A stretch of DNA of 32,000 bases from an uncultured Erysipelotrichaceae bacterium (GTDB lineage Bacteria > Bacillota_I > Bacilli_A > Erysipelotrichales > Erysipelotrichaceae), in the NCBI GenBank assembly GCA_942492995.1, contig OW818653.1, forward strand, positions 1,470,001 to 1,502,000, read 5' to 3'. Positions 9,091 through 17,261 of this stretch are shown in pieces. Every line of letters begins with the position of its first letter. Position 1 is the first letter of the stretch. The notes beneath the pieces are model-generated. The model made no database searches. It was not told where the DNA came from and was given only the letters and a program-made list of their open reading frames with translations. The position numbers and the translations under genes are program-made.

Positions 9091-9594
9091 ATGCAAATAC
9101 GACAGTCAAATAAAAATGATATTTCTGCAATTATGCACATTATTAATCAAGCACAAGAATCCTTTAAACTAGCTGGGATCAATCAGTGGCAAAACAATTA
9201 CCCGAATGAAACATCGATTCTAAAGGATATTGAATTGGATGAAAGCTTTGTTGTACTAGATAATGAATTGATTATCGGTACATTTGCCTTGTCTTATCGT
9301 AATGAATCAACCTATGACATTATTTATGATGGGAAATGGTTAAGTAATAATCCTTACGCTGTAATTCATCGTATCGCGATTGAGAATTCATATAAGGGCA
9401 AAGGTGTTTCCTCGTATGTATTTAACGAAGTTGAGAAATGGTGCTTGGCGAAGAATATCCATAGTATTAAGATAGATACACATTCTGATAATCAATCGAT
9501 GCGTAAACTATTGATCAAGAATGGATTTAGTTATTGCGGGATTATTTATCTCTTAGATGGTAATAAACGATTAGCGTACGAAAAGGTACTTTAA
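9091..9594 (+). CDS. GNAT-family N-acetyltransferase
   Basis: Acetyl-CoA-binding motif A region HRIAIENSYKGKGVSSYVFNEVEKW. The start was moved to the ATG 5 nt after GGAGG; the track start at 9064 lacks an SD. Confidence 0.8.
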   Translation: MQIRQSNKNDISAIMHIINQAQESFKLAGINQWQNNYPNETSILKDIELDESFVVLDNELIIGTFALSYRNESTYDIIYDGKWLSNNPYAVIHRIAIENSYKGKGVSSYVFNEVEKWCLAKNIHSIKIDTHSDNQSMRKLLIKNGFSYCGIIYLLDGNKRLAYEKVL

Positions 9595-9602
9595 TCGTTT
9601 TT

Positions 9603-9616
9603 TGAAATCGATTACA
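9603..9616. promoter_or_regulatory. cre / LacI-family operator, TGAAATCGATTACA
   Basis: Matches the catabolite-responsive-element consensus TGWAANCGNTNWCA at every constrained position. The central AATCGATT is a perfect palindrome. The site lies 68 nt upstream of the 693-aa GH13 start. Confidence 0.6.
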
Positions 9617-9633
9617 TTGTTCGTTTGGGGAAA

Positions 9634-9647
9634 TGTAAGCCATTACA
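9634..9647. promoter_or_regulatory. Second operator-like half-palindrome, TGTAAGCCATTACA
   Basis: Has the TGTAA-N4-TTACA architecture of the other two sites, but the central CG is CC, one mismatch to cre. It lies 31 nt centre-to-centre from the first site. Confidence 0.4.
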
Positions 9648-9683
9648 TTTGTGTTTATGCTAAAATAAAAATGGAGGATTTAT

Positions 9684-11765
9684 ATGAGTACTAATCTAAA
9701 AAAGCTTGTGGAAGCGTTAGAAAAACAGTCCAATAATCAACACGAATTATTCAATTATGCGATACCAGATACATGGTTATCTTTTGACTACAAAGGTAAA
9801 CAAATTAAAGTACATGATGGACATGTTCTAGTTAATCCATATCGTTTCTATCAAAGTTTAATTGAAGATGTTTTCTTGAAGAATGATACATCCGAATTGA
9901 AGAGTTATTTCTTAACACATCCTGTTGAAAAACACCTACAAAATGGGGATTGGATTCGTAAGAGTAGTGTTTATTCGATGATGGTACGTACAACAGGTAG
10001 TTATGATCATGATCGTACAGGTCGATTAGAAGATTCTAATTTATACCAATTAAAAGATACTGGGACATTCCTTAAGACATTAGCGTATTTACCATTACTA
10101 AAACGTATGGGAATTGATGTCTTATATATGTTGCCAATTGCGAAATATTCACTTAAAGATAAAAAAGGCGAATTAGGTTCACCTTATGGAGTATCTAACT
10201 TCTATGCGTTAGATGAAGGTCTTAAAGATCCAATGACGGGTGATTATACAACCGTTAATGATGAATTCAAGGCATTTGTCGAGGCAGCTCATGCGTTGGA
10301 TATGAAAGTTATTATTGATATCATTCCGCGTACAAATTCAGTTAACTCTGATTTAATTATTGATCATCCAGATTGGTTCTATTGGATTGAGCATAAAGAT
10401 TTAGATGATTATCGTCCACCTATGGTAGATGGATTAAAAACAACACTTCCTGCGAAGAAAGAATACTTCAAAGAATTGTTCTCTTCTCCAAGTGTTGAGG
10501 AACATCTTCATAAGTTCAGAAAGAATCCAAAAGATACCGATAAAGAAAAATGGAAAGTACTCGTAAAAGAATACAAGAGTAAATCCAATAAGAAAGAAAT
10601 CTTAGATTTAGTTCAAGAACATTTCGGCTTAACAGTTGCGCCAGCGTTCTCTGATCATATCAATGATCCTCAACCAGCTTGGAGTGATGTGACATTCTTC
10701 AGAATGTATCTCGATCATCCAATTAACTCTCAACCATTCCTTAATGAATTAGGCACATTCGAACCATATATCTTGTTTGATGTGGCTAAGTGTAGTTTAA
10801 ATCCAGGTGCACAACCAAACATGCCTTTATGGGATATGTTAAGTGGCATTATTCCTTTCTATCAAACTGAATTCGGAATTGATGGGGCTCGTATTGATAT
10901 GGGTCATGCATTACCTGTTGAATTGATTAATATGATTATCTCTAAGGCTAAGGCAATTGATCCTAACTTCTGCTTTATCGCCGAAGAATTGGATATTGAA
11001 AATGCTCAAGCTTCAATTGATAAAGGGTATAACATGATTATTGGGGATGGATTTATCAAAGAACCACGTGTATTAGAAGGTATGTTTAATGCGTTTGCGT
11101 ATAGCGCAATGAATTTACCATCACCTCTATTCGCATGTGGGGAAACACATGATACACCTCGATTAGCTGCTCGTCCTGGACAAGATGTTTTAGCGAAGAT
11201 GTTAACGGTGTTTAATCACTTTATTCCTAACGCTATTCCATTCTTAAATTCTGGACAAGAGTTCTTCGAACTTCAACCTATGAATACAGGATTGGATTGT
11301 AAACCAAATGAAGCAGAAGCCCTTCCTAAGAATGATCCATATTATGGTAAACTCGCATTGTTTGATCGCTATAACCTACATTACTTACACCCTAGACGTT
11401 GGGAAATGATTGAAACCATTGAGAAAGCAAGTAAAATTCGTGCATCCATTATGGATAGTATGCTTAATATGGATAAAGTATATCCATTAGGCTTTAGTGC
11501 TCCATGGGATACTGCGGCAGGGTTTGGATATCGCGGACGTAATAAAATGACTCTCGTTATTACAAACACTGATGTGAATAACGATAAGGAACATTGGGTT
11601 AAATTAGACAATATTCCAGATGATTATAATAATGAAGGTACAGTACTTAAACAAATCTTCTCTTCTGAAAATTCAGTAAGTGAAACGGATATCGTAATTG
11701 ATTCCACGATGAATGTACGTATCTGGTTTAAAAAAGGTGAAGTTAAAATTCTTGAGATTAAATAG
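9684..11765 (+). CDS. Cytoplasmic GH13 alpha-amylase-superfamily enzyme, GlgE/maltosyltransferase-like subgroup
   Basis: GH13 region II GIDGARIDMGHAL, region III CFIAEELD, region IV GETHDTPR. Region I is atypical (VIIDIIPRTNS, no Asn-His) and is followed by HPDWFYWI. A KKGELGSPYGVSNFYALD segment precedes it. No signal peptide. GGAGG SD. Confidence 0.75.
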   Translation: MSTNLKKLVEALEKQSNNQHELFNYAIPDTWLSFDYKGKQIKVHDGHVLVNPYRFYQSLIEDVFLKNDTSELKSYFLTHPVEKHLQNGDWIRKSSVYSMMVRTTGSYDHDRTGRLEDSNLYQLKDTGTFLKTLAYLPLLKRMGIDVLYMLPIAKYSLKDKKGELGSPYGVSNFYALDEGLKDPMTGDYTTVNDEFKAFVEAAHALDMKVIIDIIPRTNSVNSDLIIDHPDWFYWIEHKDLDDYRPPMVDGLKTTLPAKKEYFKELFSSPSVEEHLHKFRKNPKDTDKEKWKVLVKEYKSKSNKKEILDLVQEHFGLTVAPAFSDHINDPQPAWSDVTFFRMYLDHPINSQPFLNELGTFEPYILFDVAKCSLNPGAQPNMPLWDMLSGIIPFYQTEFGIDGARIDMGHALPVELINMIISKAKAIDPNFCFIAEELDIENAQASIDKGYNMIIGDGFIKEPRVLEGMFNAFAYSAMNLPSPLFACGETHDTPRLAARPGQDVLAKMLTVFNHFIPNAIPFLNSGQEFFELQPMNTGLDCKPNEAEALPKNDPYYGKLALFDRYNLHYLHPRRWEMIETIEKASKIRASIMDSMLNMDKVYPLGFSAPWDTAAGFGYRGRNKMTLVITNTDVNNDKEHWVKLDNIPDDYNNEGTVLKQIFSSENSVSETDIVIDSTMNVRIWFKKGEVKILEIK

Positions 11766-11767
11766 TT

Positions 11768-11791
11768 AAGTCCTTAAAAGGACTTTTCTTT
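11768..11791 (+). terminator. Rho-independent terminator after the 693-aa GH13 gene
   Basis: AAGTCCT-taaa-AGGACTT (7-bp stem) followed by TTCTTT. Confidence 0.65.
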
Positions 11792-11889
11792 ATATTTATT
11801 ACTTAATTATTTGTACGATTAAATGTATACATTAATTAATCCATTATTTTTAGTATTATTCGTTATACTAAAGTTATATGAGGTACCTT

Positions 11890-12633
11890 ATGAAACCCTG
11901 TGTTGAAATCTGTTGCGGAAGTGTTGAAGATGTTATAAATGCACAAAACGGTGGTGCAGATCGAGTTGAGTTTAATAGTGCACTATACTTAGGTGGATTA
12001 ACTCCTTCGTTAGCGAGTTTGATCTATCTCAAAAAGAACACCACGATTCCTTTAATCTGTATGGTAAGAACACGTGGTGCTGGGTTTTGTTATAGCACAG
12101 AAGATATTGACGTTATGTGCATGGATGCAGAGTTACTTCTACAAAATGGTGCAGATGGAATTGCGTTTGGAGCACTCAATGAAGATCGTAGTATTGATTA
12201 TAGTACGACAAAGAAGTTAGTTGATATTACCCATAAATATAACAAAGAATTCGTATTCCATCGTGCCTTTGATTGTGTGGATAATCCAATCAAAAGTATT
12301 GAGACATTAATTGAATTAGGTGCAGATCGTGTACTTACAAGTGGATTTCAATCAACTGCACTTGAGGGTATCGATATGTTAACGAATCTTCAAAAGACAT
12401 ATGGCGATAAGATAGAATTCTTAATTGGTGGTAAAGTAAATTCGAGTAATGTAAAAACACTCGTAAACACGACAAACATTCACCAAATTCACTCATCCTG
12501 TAAAACATGGGTAATTGATCCAACAACCCATAATGATACCGTTACGTATGCGTATGGCAATTATGATTCACACTATGAGTGTGTTGATATCAATTTAGTA
12601 AGAGAACTTGTAAATACGACAAAAGGCGAATAA
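11890..12633 (+). CDS. cutC: CutC-family protein (copper homeostasis protein CutC family, TIM barrel)
   Basis: The N-terminus MKPCVEICCGSVEDVINAQNGGADRVEFNSALYLGGLTPS matches the CutC signature (E.C..S...A..A...GADR.EL...L..GG.TPS). The start was moved to the ATG after GAGGT; the track start is 11878. Confidence 0.8.
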   Translation: MKPCVEICCGSVEDVINAQNGGADRVEFNSALYLGGLTPSLASLIYLKKNTTIPLICMVRTRGAGFCYSTEDIDVMCMDAELLLQNGADGIAFGALNEDRSIDYSTTKKLVDITHKYNKEFVFHRAFDCVDNPIKSIETLIELGADRVLTSGFQSTALEGIDMLTNLQKTYGDKIEFLIGGKVNSSNVKTLVNTTNIHQIHSSCKTWVIDPTTHNDTVTYAYGNYDSHYECVDINLVRELVNTTKGE

Positions 12634-12645
12634 ATCGCCTTTTTA
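12622..12645. terminator. Hairpin terminator between convergent cutC and the PstS-like gene
   Basis: AAAGGCGA-ataaa-TCGCCTTT followed by TT on the + strand and by TTTT on the - strand. It overlaps the cutC stop codon. Confidence 0.6.
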
Positions 12646-12666
12646 TTGATTGTCTTCACTTATATT

Positions 12667-14163
12667 CTATTTAAATGGTTGAATGTAATTTAAACTTTGA
12701 TTACTCGAATAATTATTTAACCTAAAATATACATCTTTTAATTCTTCTTCATTAATTTCTAATGTTGTATCAAACATTATGTTATTTAAATATTCCGCAA
12801 ATTTATCTAATTGACCATTCTCTTTATAGGAATTAAGTAGTTCTTTGTCTACACTGTTTAAGACATATCGATCCTCGTTAAAGAAGTATTCTAAGGTTTC
12901 ATAGTACATGTCTTTATATCGTACATTAAAGAAATCTTCCTCATCCATAGAACCATCCATCCAAAATCTAATTTCGATAGAAGAATTTTCATTATTTAAC
13001 CATGCAGTTTCTGGATTTAATGGCATATCCGAATCAAATACTTTCATTAAAAATTGTTTAGCATTCTCGTTTTCATTAAATTCTGATTCACTTAATACAT
13101 AATCTGAAAAACTAGTATAAATTAAAAGTTCTCCATTTCTATCAACCTTATAAAACTCACCTTTTGACTCATTATAAAAATCAAAGAAGTTCATATCTCC
13201 TTCGTTATCAGGATCATATGGCAATAAAATGTCTTTGTTTCTATCTAACACAGATTTTAAATTAACATAACCTGCATCACTGATTAATTTCTGTCCTTCG
13301 TCATGCAGTAGAAACTGATACAGATGTTCGGCATACTCTTTCGCTAAACTATTATTTTTGTCATAGAACATATAGTTATATATTACAATTGGATAACTAT
13401 CATCTAAGATTGTCTTATCGTTTGGTTGAATTCCATTTACTTCTAACATTACTACATCATTGTTTAAATACTGTTTCTCAGTAAATGTGTACATATTATA
13501 CCCAATAGAGTATTTCCCCATATCGTAATTCGCAATAGATTCAATAATATCGCCCATTCCAGAAAAATATGTTACTTCTTTATCAATGAGGTTTGTGTCT
13601 CCCATAAATTTTACCATTCTCATTTGAGAACCTGAATCACTGTTTCTTTGAAATGCTTTAATTGGCGCATCATCTCCACCAACTTGATTCCAGTTTGTAA
13701 TCTTTCCACTATAAATGTCTTTAATCTGTTCGATTGTTAGACTCTTAACTGGATTGTTTTTGTTTATTAAAAACACAAAAGCTTCTTTTGTGATTTCGAT
13801 TTTACCTAAGTCAACCCCATTATTCTTAGCGACATTTAATAATTCATCACTATAATCAACACCCATTAATATGTCGTTCTCACCCATAATAAGTTTATTA
13901 AAGGCATCAACTGTCTTACTATGTTGTATCTCTGATCTTTTTGAACTGAAAATATTTCTTATTGCGGTATGTAAAGGTAAGGTTGATGTAGAACCATCGA
14001 TTACAAATTGATCATAGTTCTCCTTTAAATACGTTTTAAGTTCTTCAAACTCATTTGCTTTAATTCTTTCTTCATTAATATTTAATAATGTAATTACTCC
14101 AAAGATAATAAAAAGGGCTAATAAACTAGCCCAGATTAAATTTTTTTTATTGTTTTTCCCCAT
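12667..14163 (-). CDS. Membrane-anchored PstS/PBP_like_2-type substrate-binding protein fused to a ~200-aa C-terminal domain of unknown function
   Basis: Has an N-terminal TM helix (LIWASLLALFIIFGVITLL). PstS-family motifs are present: DGSTSTLPL, LTIEQIKDIYSGKITNWNQVGG, and RNSDSGSQ (cf. R..GSGT). The D/E/N/F/Y-rich C-terminal third has no motif I recognise. The start was moved to the ATG 7 nt after GGGGA; the track start is 14193. Confidence 0.7.
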   Translation of the reverse strand: MGKNNKKNLIWASLLALFIIFGVITLLNINEERIKANEFEELKTYLKENYDQFVIDGSTSTLPLHTAIRNIFSSKRSEIQHSKTVDAFNKLIMGENDILMGVDYSDELLNVAKNNGVDLGKIEITKEAFVFLINKNNPVKSLTIEQIKDIYSGKITNWNQVGGDDAPIKAFQRNSDSGSQMRMVKFMGDTNLIDKEVTYFSGMGDIIESIANYDMGKYSIGYNMYTFTEKQYLNNDVVMLEVNGIQPNDKTILDDSYPIVIYNYMFYDKNNSLAKEYAEHLYQFLLHDEGQKLISDAGYVNLKSVLDRNKDILLPYDPDNEGDMNFFDFYNESKGEFYKVDRNGELLIYTSFSDYVLSESEFNENENAKQFLMKVFDSDMPLNPETAWLNNENSSIEIRFWMDGSMDEEDFFNVRYKDMYYETLEYFFNEDRYVLNSVDKELLNSYKENGQLDKFAEYLNNIMFDTTLEINEEELKDVYFRLNNYSSNQSLNYIQPFK

Positions 14164-14184
14164 TTTATAATCCCCATTAGAAAT

Positions 14185-14213
14185 ATTGTACATTTAAATA
14201 AATCAATAAACAA
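14185..14213 (-). promoter_or_regulatory. Sigma-A-type promoter for the PstS-like gene (TTGTTT-17 nt-TACAAT)
   Basis: The reverse strand reads cataataTTGTTTattgatttatttaaatgTACAATattt, with exactly 17-nt spacing. The predicted TSS lies downstream of the track's upstream ATG, which supports the 14163 start. Confidence 0.5.
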
Positions 14214-14229
14214 TATTATGAGGTTCAAA

Positions 14230-15510
14230 TTACTTTTTGATTGAAATTATGATTGGATAATTCGATAACTTAATCTGTCCAAATCTTATATCAATTAATT
14301 CATTGGTAATTAGATGGTGATATTCACCTTCAGGGCAATCAATTTGAATCATACCTTTAGAAGAAGACACATTACATAATGCGACTAATCGTTCTTGTTC
14401 ATTCTCATATTCGAAATGTAATACTTCTTTGGAATGTTCAACCAATTTATACCCATAATTTTGCGCAAAGATTGGTTCTTTCTTAAGCTTAGCTAATGCT
14501 ATAATCCAACTCACAAACTCATTATCAACCTTCGTCCAATCAACAGGATCCTTTTCGAATAAGTAATCCATATGATCTGTAACTGTTTCTATCCCAAAAT
14601 GTAAGAATGCGATTCCCTTTGACATAAAGACATACGCTAACCAATTAAGTGACTTTAATCGATCTTGCGTATACGCTTGGATACGAGGATTATCATGATT
14701 CTCCACATTACGTGCTTTTACATAATTAACAGGATAAATACGTTCTTGTCTTTGATGTGCAGCGATGTAATCACTAAATGATTTCTCATTACGTAGATAT
14801 CCGATAAAGTTTACTTGATTATCGTAATCGTACAGTATATCAAAGTACTGATATAATTCCGCATCACTTAAGCAGGTATGATTGTGATATCTTAAGTAAT
14901 CCACAAAGTTCGAATCAACACTCTCCGCTAAAAATATCGTATTTGGATTGAGTTCTTTAACACGTGGAAATGCGATTTCATAGAATTCTTTAGGTATCAT
15001 CGATGCGACATCAAAACGATAACCATCTACACCTAATTTTGTCCAATAGAGTAATACATCACTAAGCTTATTAATAAGTTCTGGATTGTGATCAAACTCA
15101 AAATCCGCAATGTCTGACCAATCTCCAACTTTATTTGCGAGTTTACCTTTTTTGTACACATAGAAATGAGGGTATTCTTTTACCCATACATGATCTGGTG
15201 CTGTGTGATGAAACACAATGTCTAACATTACTTTAATGTTTAGTTTATGTGCTTGTTTGATAAGTTCATTAAAATCATCCAATGTTCCTAAATCAGGGCT
15301 TATTCCATAATAGTCTTTTATCGCATATGGACTTCCCATTATCCCTTTTCGATTCAATTCGCCAATTGGATGTATCGGCATTAAATAGAGGATATCAGTG
15401 CCTAATTCTTTTATACGTACTAAATCTTGGGTTAATGCGTTAAATGTACCAGCTTCAGAATAGTTTCTAACGAATACTTGATAAATCATTTGATTTCTTA
15501 ATGTGTTCAT
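14230..15510 (-). CDS. Cytoplasmic GH13 alpha-amylase-family enzyme (426 aa, catalytic domain only)
   Basis: Region I MLDIVFHHTAPDH, region II GVDGYRFDVASMIP, region III IFLAESVD, region IV VENHDNPR. It also has a KGIMGSPYAIKDYYGI segment. No signal peptide. Confidence 0.85.
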   Translation of the reverse strand: MNTLRNQMIYQVFVRNYSEAGTFNALTQDLVRIKELGTDILYLMPIHPIGELNRKGIMGSPYAIKDYYGISPDLGTLDDFNELIKQAHKLNIKVMLDIVFHHTAPDHVWVKEYPHFYVYKKGKLANKVGDWSDIADFEFDHNPELINKLSDVLLYWTKLGVDGYRFDVASMIPKEFYEIAFPRVKELNPNTIFLAESVDSNFVDYLRYHNHTCLSDAELYQYFDILYDYDNQVNFIGYLRNEKSFSDYIAAHQRQERIYPVNYVKARNVENHDNPRIQAYTQDRLKSLNWLAYVFMSKGIAFLHFGIETVTDHMDYLFEKDPVDWTKVDNEFVSWIIALAKLKKEPIFAQNYGYKLVEHSKEVLHFEYENEQERLVALCNVSSSKGMIQIDCPEGEYHHLITNELIDIRFGQIKLSNYPIIISIKK

Positions 15511-15520
15511 AGTACCTCAG

Positions 15521-15543
15521 TTTAAAACCCGATTTCTCGGGTT
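15521..15543 (-). terminator. Intra-operon hairpin (partial terminator or attenuator) between msmK and the 426-aa GH13 gene
   Basis: The reverse strand reads AACCCGA-gaaa-TCGGGTT followed by TTAAACTGAGGtactATG. It overlaps the msmK stop and is followed immediately by the SD of the next gene. Confidence 0.45.
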
Positions 15544-16633
15544 AGAATAATGTCTTAGTCGTGTCCTTATCAAAGAAATGTAATTTAGACACATCCATCG
15601 CTAATTTAATCGTATCATGTGCTCTAACATCGACACGTGACGCAACCTTTGCGAGTAATTTTTGTCCACCAAATTGTCCATGAAGAATAAACTCATGACC
15701 TAATAATTCAGATACTTCGACATTGAAGTCGAACGGTGTATCTGGGAATGTTTCTGCAACAATTCCTTCATAGTGAATATCTTCTGGACGAATGCCTAAT
15801 ACAACTTCTTTACCTTCATAATTCTTTAATCCATCATGGAACATTTTAGGAACCATGAATGATTTACCGTCAACTTCGAAACGTCCCTTCACAAACTTAC
15901 CATTGATAAAGTTCATCGCAGGTGATCCTACAAAGTTCGCAACGAACATGTTCGCAGGTGTATTATAAATCTCTTTTGGAGTTCCGATTTGTTGGATATA
16001 GCCATCTTTCATAACCACAATACGCGTTGCCATTGTCATCGCTTCGGTTTGGTCATGTGTAACATAAACTGTTGTAGCACCTAAACGTTCATGAAGTTTA
16101 ATAATTTCTGAACGCATTTGTACACGTAGTTTCGCATCTAGATTACTGAGTGGTTCATCCATTAAGAATACTTTCGCATTACGCACAATCGCACGACCTA
16201 ACGCAACACGTTGACGTTGACCACCGGATAATGCTTTAGGTTTACGATCCAAGAATTGTTCAATTTCTAGTATCTTAGCACTTTCATGTACACGTTGATC
16301 AATCTCTTCTTTTGGGACCTTCTTTAAACGTAAACCAAATGCCATATTTTCATACACAGTCATATGTGGATAAAGTGCATACGATTGGAATACCATTGCG
16401 ATATCACGATCTTTAGGTGCTTTATCGTTTGCGAGCGCTTCATTGATATAAAGTTCACCAGAAGAAATATCTTCTAGTCCTGCAATCATACGTAGCGTTG
16501 TGGATTTACCACAGCCAGAAGGACCAACCAGCACAATGAATTCTTTATTGTAGATTTCTAGGTTGAAATCAAAAACTGCTTGTACATTATTTTCATAAAT
16601 CTTATTAATATTCTTTAATTGTAGTGTTGCCAT
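15542..16633 (-). CDS. msmK: MsmK/MsmX/MalK-type multiple-sugar ABC transporter ATP-binding protein
   Basis: Walker [10 protein letters not shown], signature LSGGQRQR, Walker [14 protein letters not shown]-loop VTHD, and a C-terminal MalK-like regulatory domain. The start was moved to MATLQLKNI.. (GAGG SD 7 nt upstream); the track start is 16666. Confidence 0.9.
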   Translation of the reverse strand: MATLQLKNINKIYENNVQAVFDFNLEIYNKEFIVLVGPSGCGKSTTLRMIAGLEDISSGELYINEALANDKAPKDRDIAMVFQSYALYPHMTVYENMAFGLRLKKVPKEEIDQRVHESAKILEIEQFLDRKPKALSGGQRQRVALGRAIVRNAKVFLMDEPLSNLDAKLRVQMRSEIIKLHERLGATTVYVTHDQTEAMTMATRIVVMKDGYIQQIGTPKEIYNTPANMFVANFVGSPAMNFINGKFVKGRFEVDGKSFMVPKMFHDGLKNYEGKEVVLGIRPEDIHYEGIVAETFPDTPFDFNVEVSELLGHEFILHGQFGGQKLLAKVASRVDVRAHDTIKLAMDVSKLHFFDKDTTKTLF

Positions 16634-16650
16634 ATTTACCTCGTAATTCG

Positions 16651-16659
16651 AGTATACCA
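16651..16659 (-). promoter_or_regulatory. Candidate internal extended -10 promoter (TGgTATACT) in front of msmK
   Basis: The reverse strand reads ..gactaTGgTATACTcgaattacGAGGtaaatATG. Confidence 0.35.
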
Positions 16660-16678
16660 TAGTCATATTCTATTCATA

Positions 16679-16693
16679 TGTGCATCGTGCACA
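16679..16693. promoter_or_regulatory. Perfect inverted repeat TGTGCA-tcg-TGCACA between the PucR-like gene and msmK
   Basis: Read directly. It has 6-bp arms and a 3-nt spacer, and sits at about the -35 position of the candidate msmK promoter. Confidence 0.4.
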
Positions 16694-16700
16694 AATCAAT

Positions 16701-17261
16701 TTATAATCGTTCAATTAAGATAAAGTACTGATATAAATACTGCGCAATATGTGGATTCCGTATATCCATATTCGTCTTTTCACTAAACTTATCAAGTCGA
16801 TAGTTAAATGTATTTCGATGTAGATAAAGCTGTTTCGCAGCGAGTACTGCGTTTTGACTGGTATAGAAATACATGCGTATTGTGTCTAATATTTCTGCAG
16901 ATAAGTCTTTTAATTTAGTACTCGTCGCATTTAAGAGGGATGGTTCTTTATCCCATACACACATTAACATCACATCTGATAAATCGACCATCTTACCTAA
17001 TGCATATCGTGTAGCACATTCAAGCGCTACCAACATTAGCTCATCATCTTTTACGCCACTTACCGCACAGATATTCGATCCTAAATCCGCCTCAAAACTC
17101 GCTAAACTCATTTTAAATTGTATTCTACCATCTTCTGATACATCCATGCGATAGATGGTATCCGTAACCCAATAGCCATCATCCCCAAACGAATCGCAAA
17201 ATTCTTGAATCAATGGTTTTTGTCTAGACTGTAGAATATTGATATATAGTGTATTAATCAT
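16701..17261 (-). CDS. Small PucR/CdaR-type helix-turn-helix protein (186 aa) with an uncharacterised N-terminal domain
   Basis: The C-terminus SQNAVLAAKQLYLHRNTFNYRLDKFSEKTNMDIRNPHIAQYLYQYFIL fits the PucR C-terminal HTH pattern (TA..L.IHRNT..YRL.KI.E.TG.D). Its start overlaps the upstream glucosidase stop by 8 nt (ATGATTAA). Confidence 0.65.
   Translation of the reverse strand: MINTLYINILQSRQKPLIQEFCDSFGDDGYWVTDTIYRMDVSEDGRIQFKMSLASFEADLGSNICAVSGVKDDELMLVALECATRYALGKMVDLSDVMLMCVWDKEPSLLNATSTKLKDLSAEILDTIRMYFYTSQNAVLAAKQLYLHRNTFNYRLDKFSEKTNMDIRNPHIAQYLYQYFILIERL

Noticed and set aside
9658-9666. Extended -10-like TGcTAAAAT upstream of the 693-aa GH13 gene
   Set aside because: A TSS 6-8 nt downstream would fall on the GGAGG SD (9673..9677), leaving no usable leader. 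The real promoter is probably further upstream near the operators, but I could not place it.
11823-11842. Palindromes ATGTATACAT and ATTAATTAAT upstream of cutC
   Set aside because: Short pure-AT palindromes are expected by chance at this base composition, and I saw no second copy or matching regulator.
14141-14148. A8 run (T8 on the + strand) in codons 5-7 of the PstS-like gene
   Set aside because: It encodes the Lys/Asn-rich positive patch before the TM helix (KNNKKN). A/T runs of this length are common in this genome, unlike the G8 tract.
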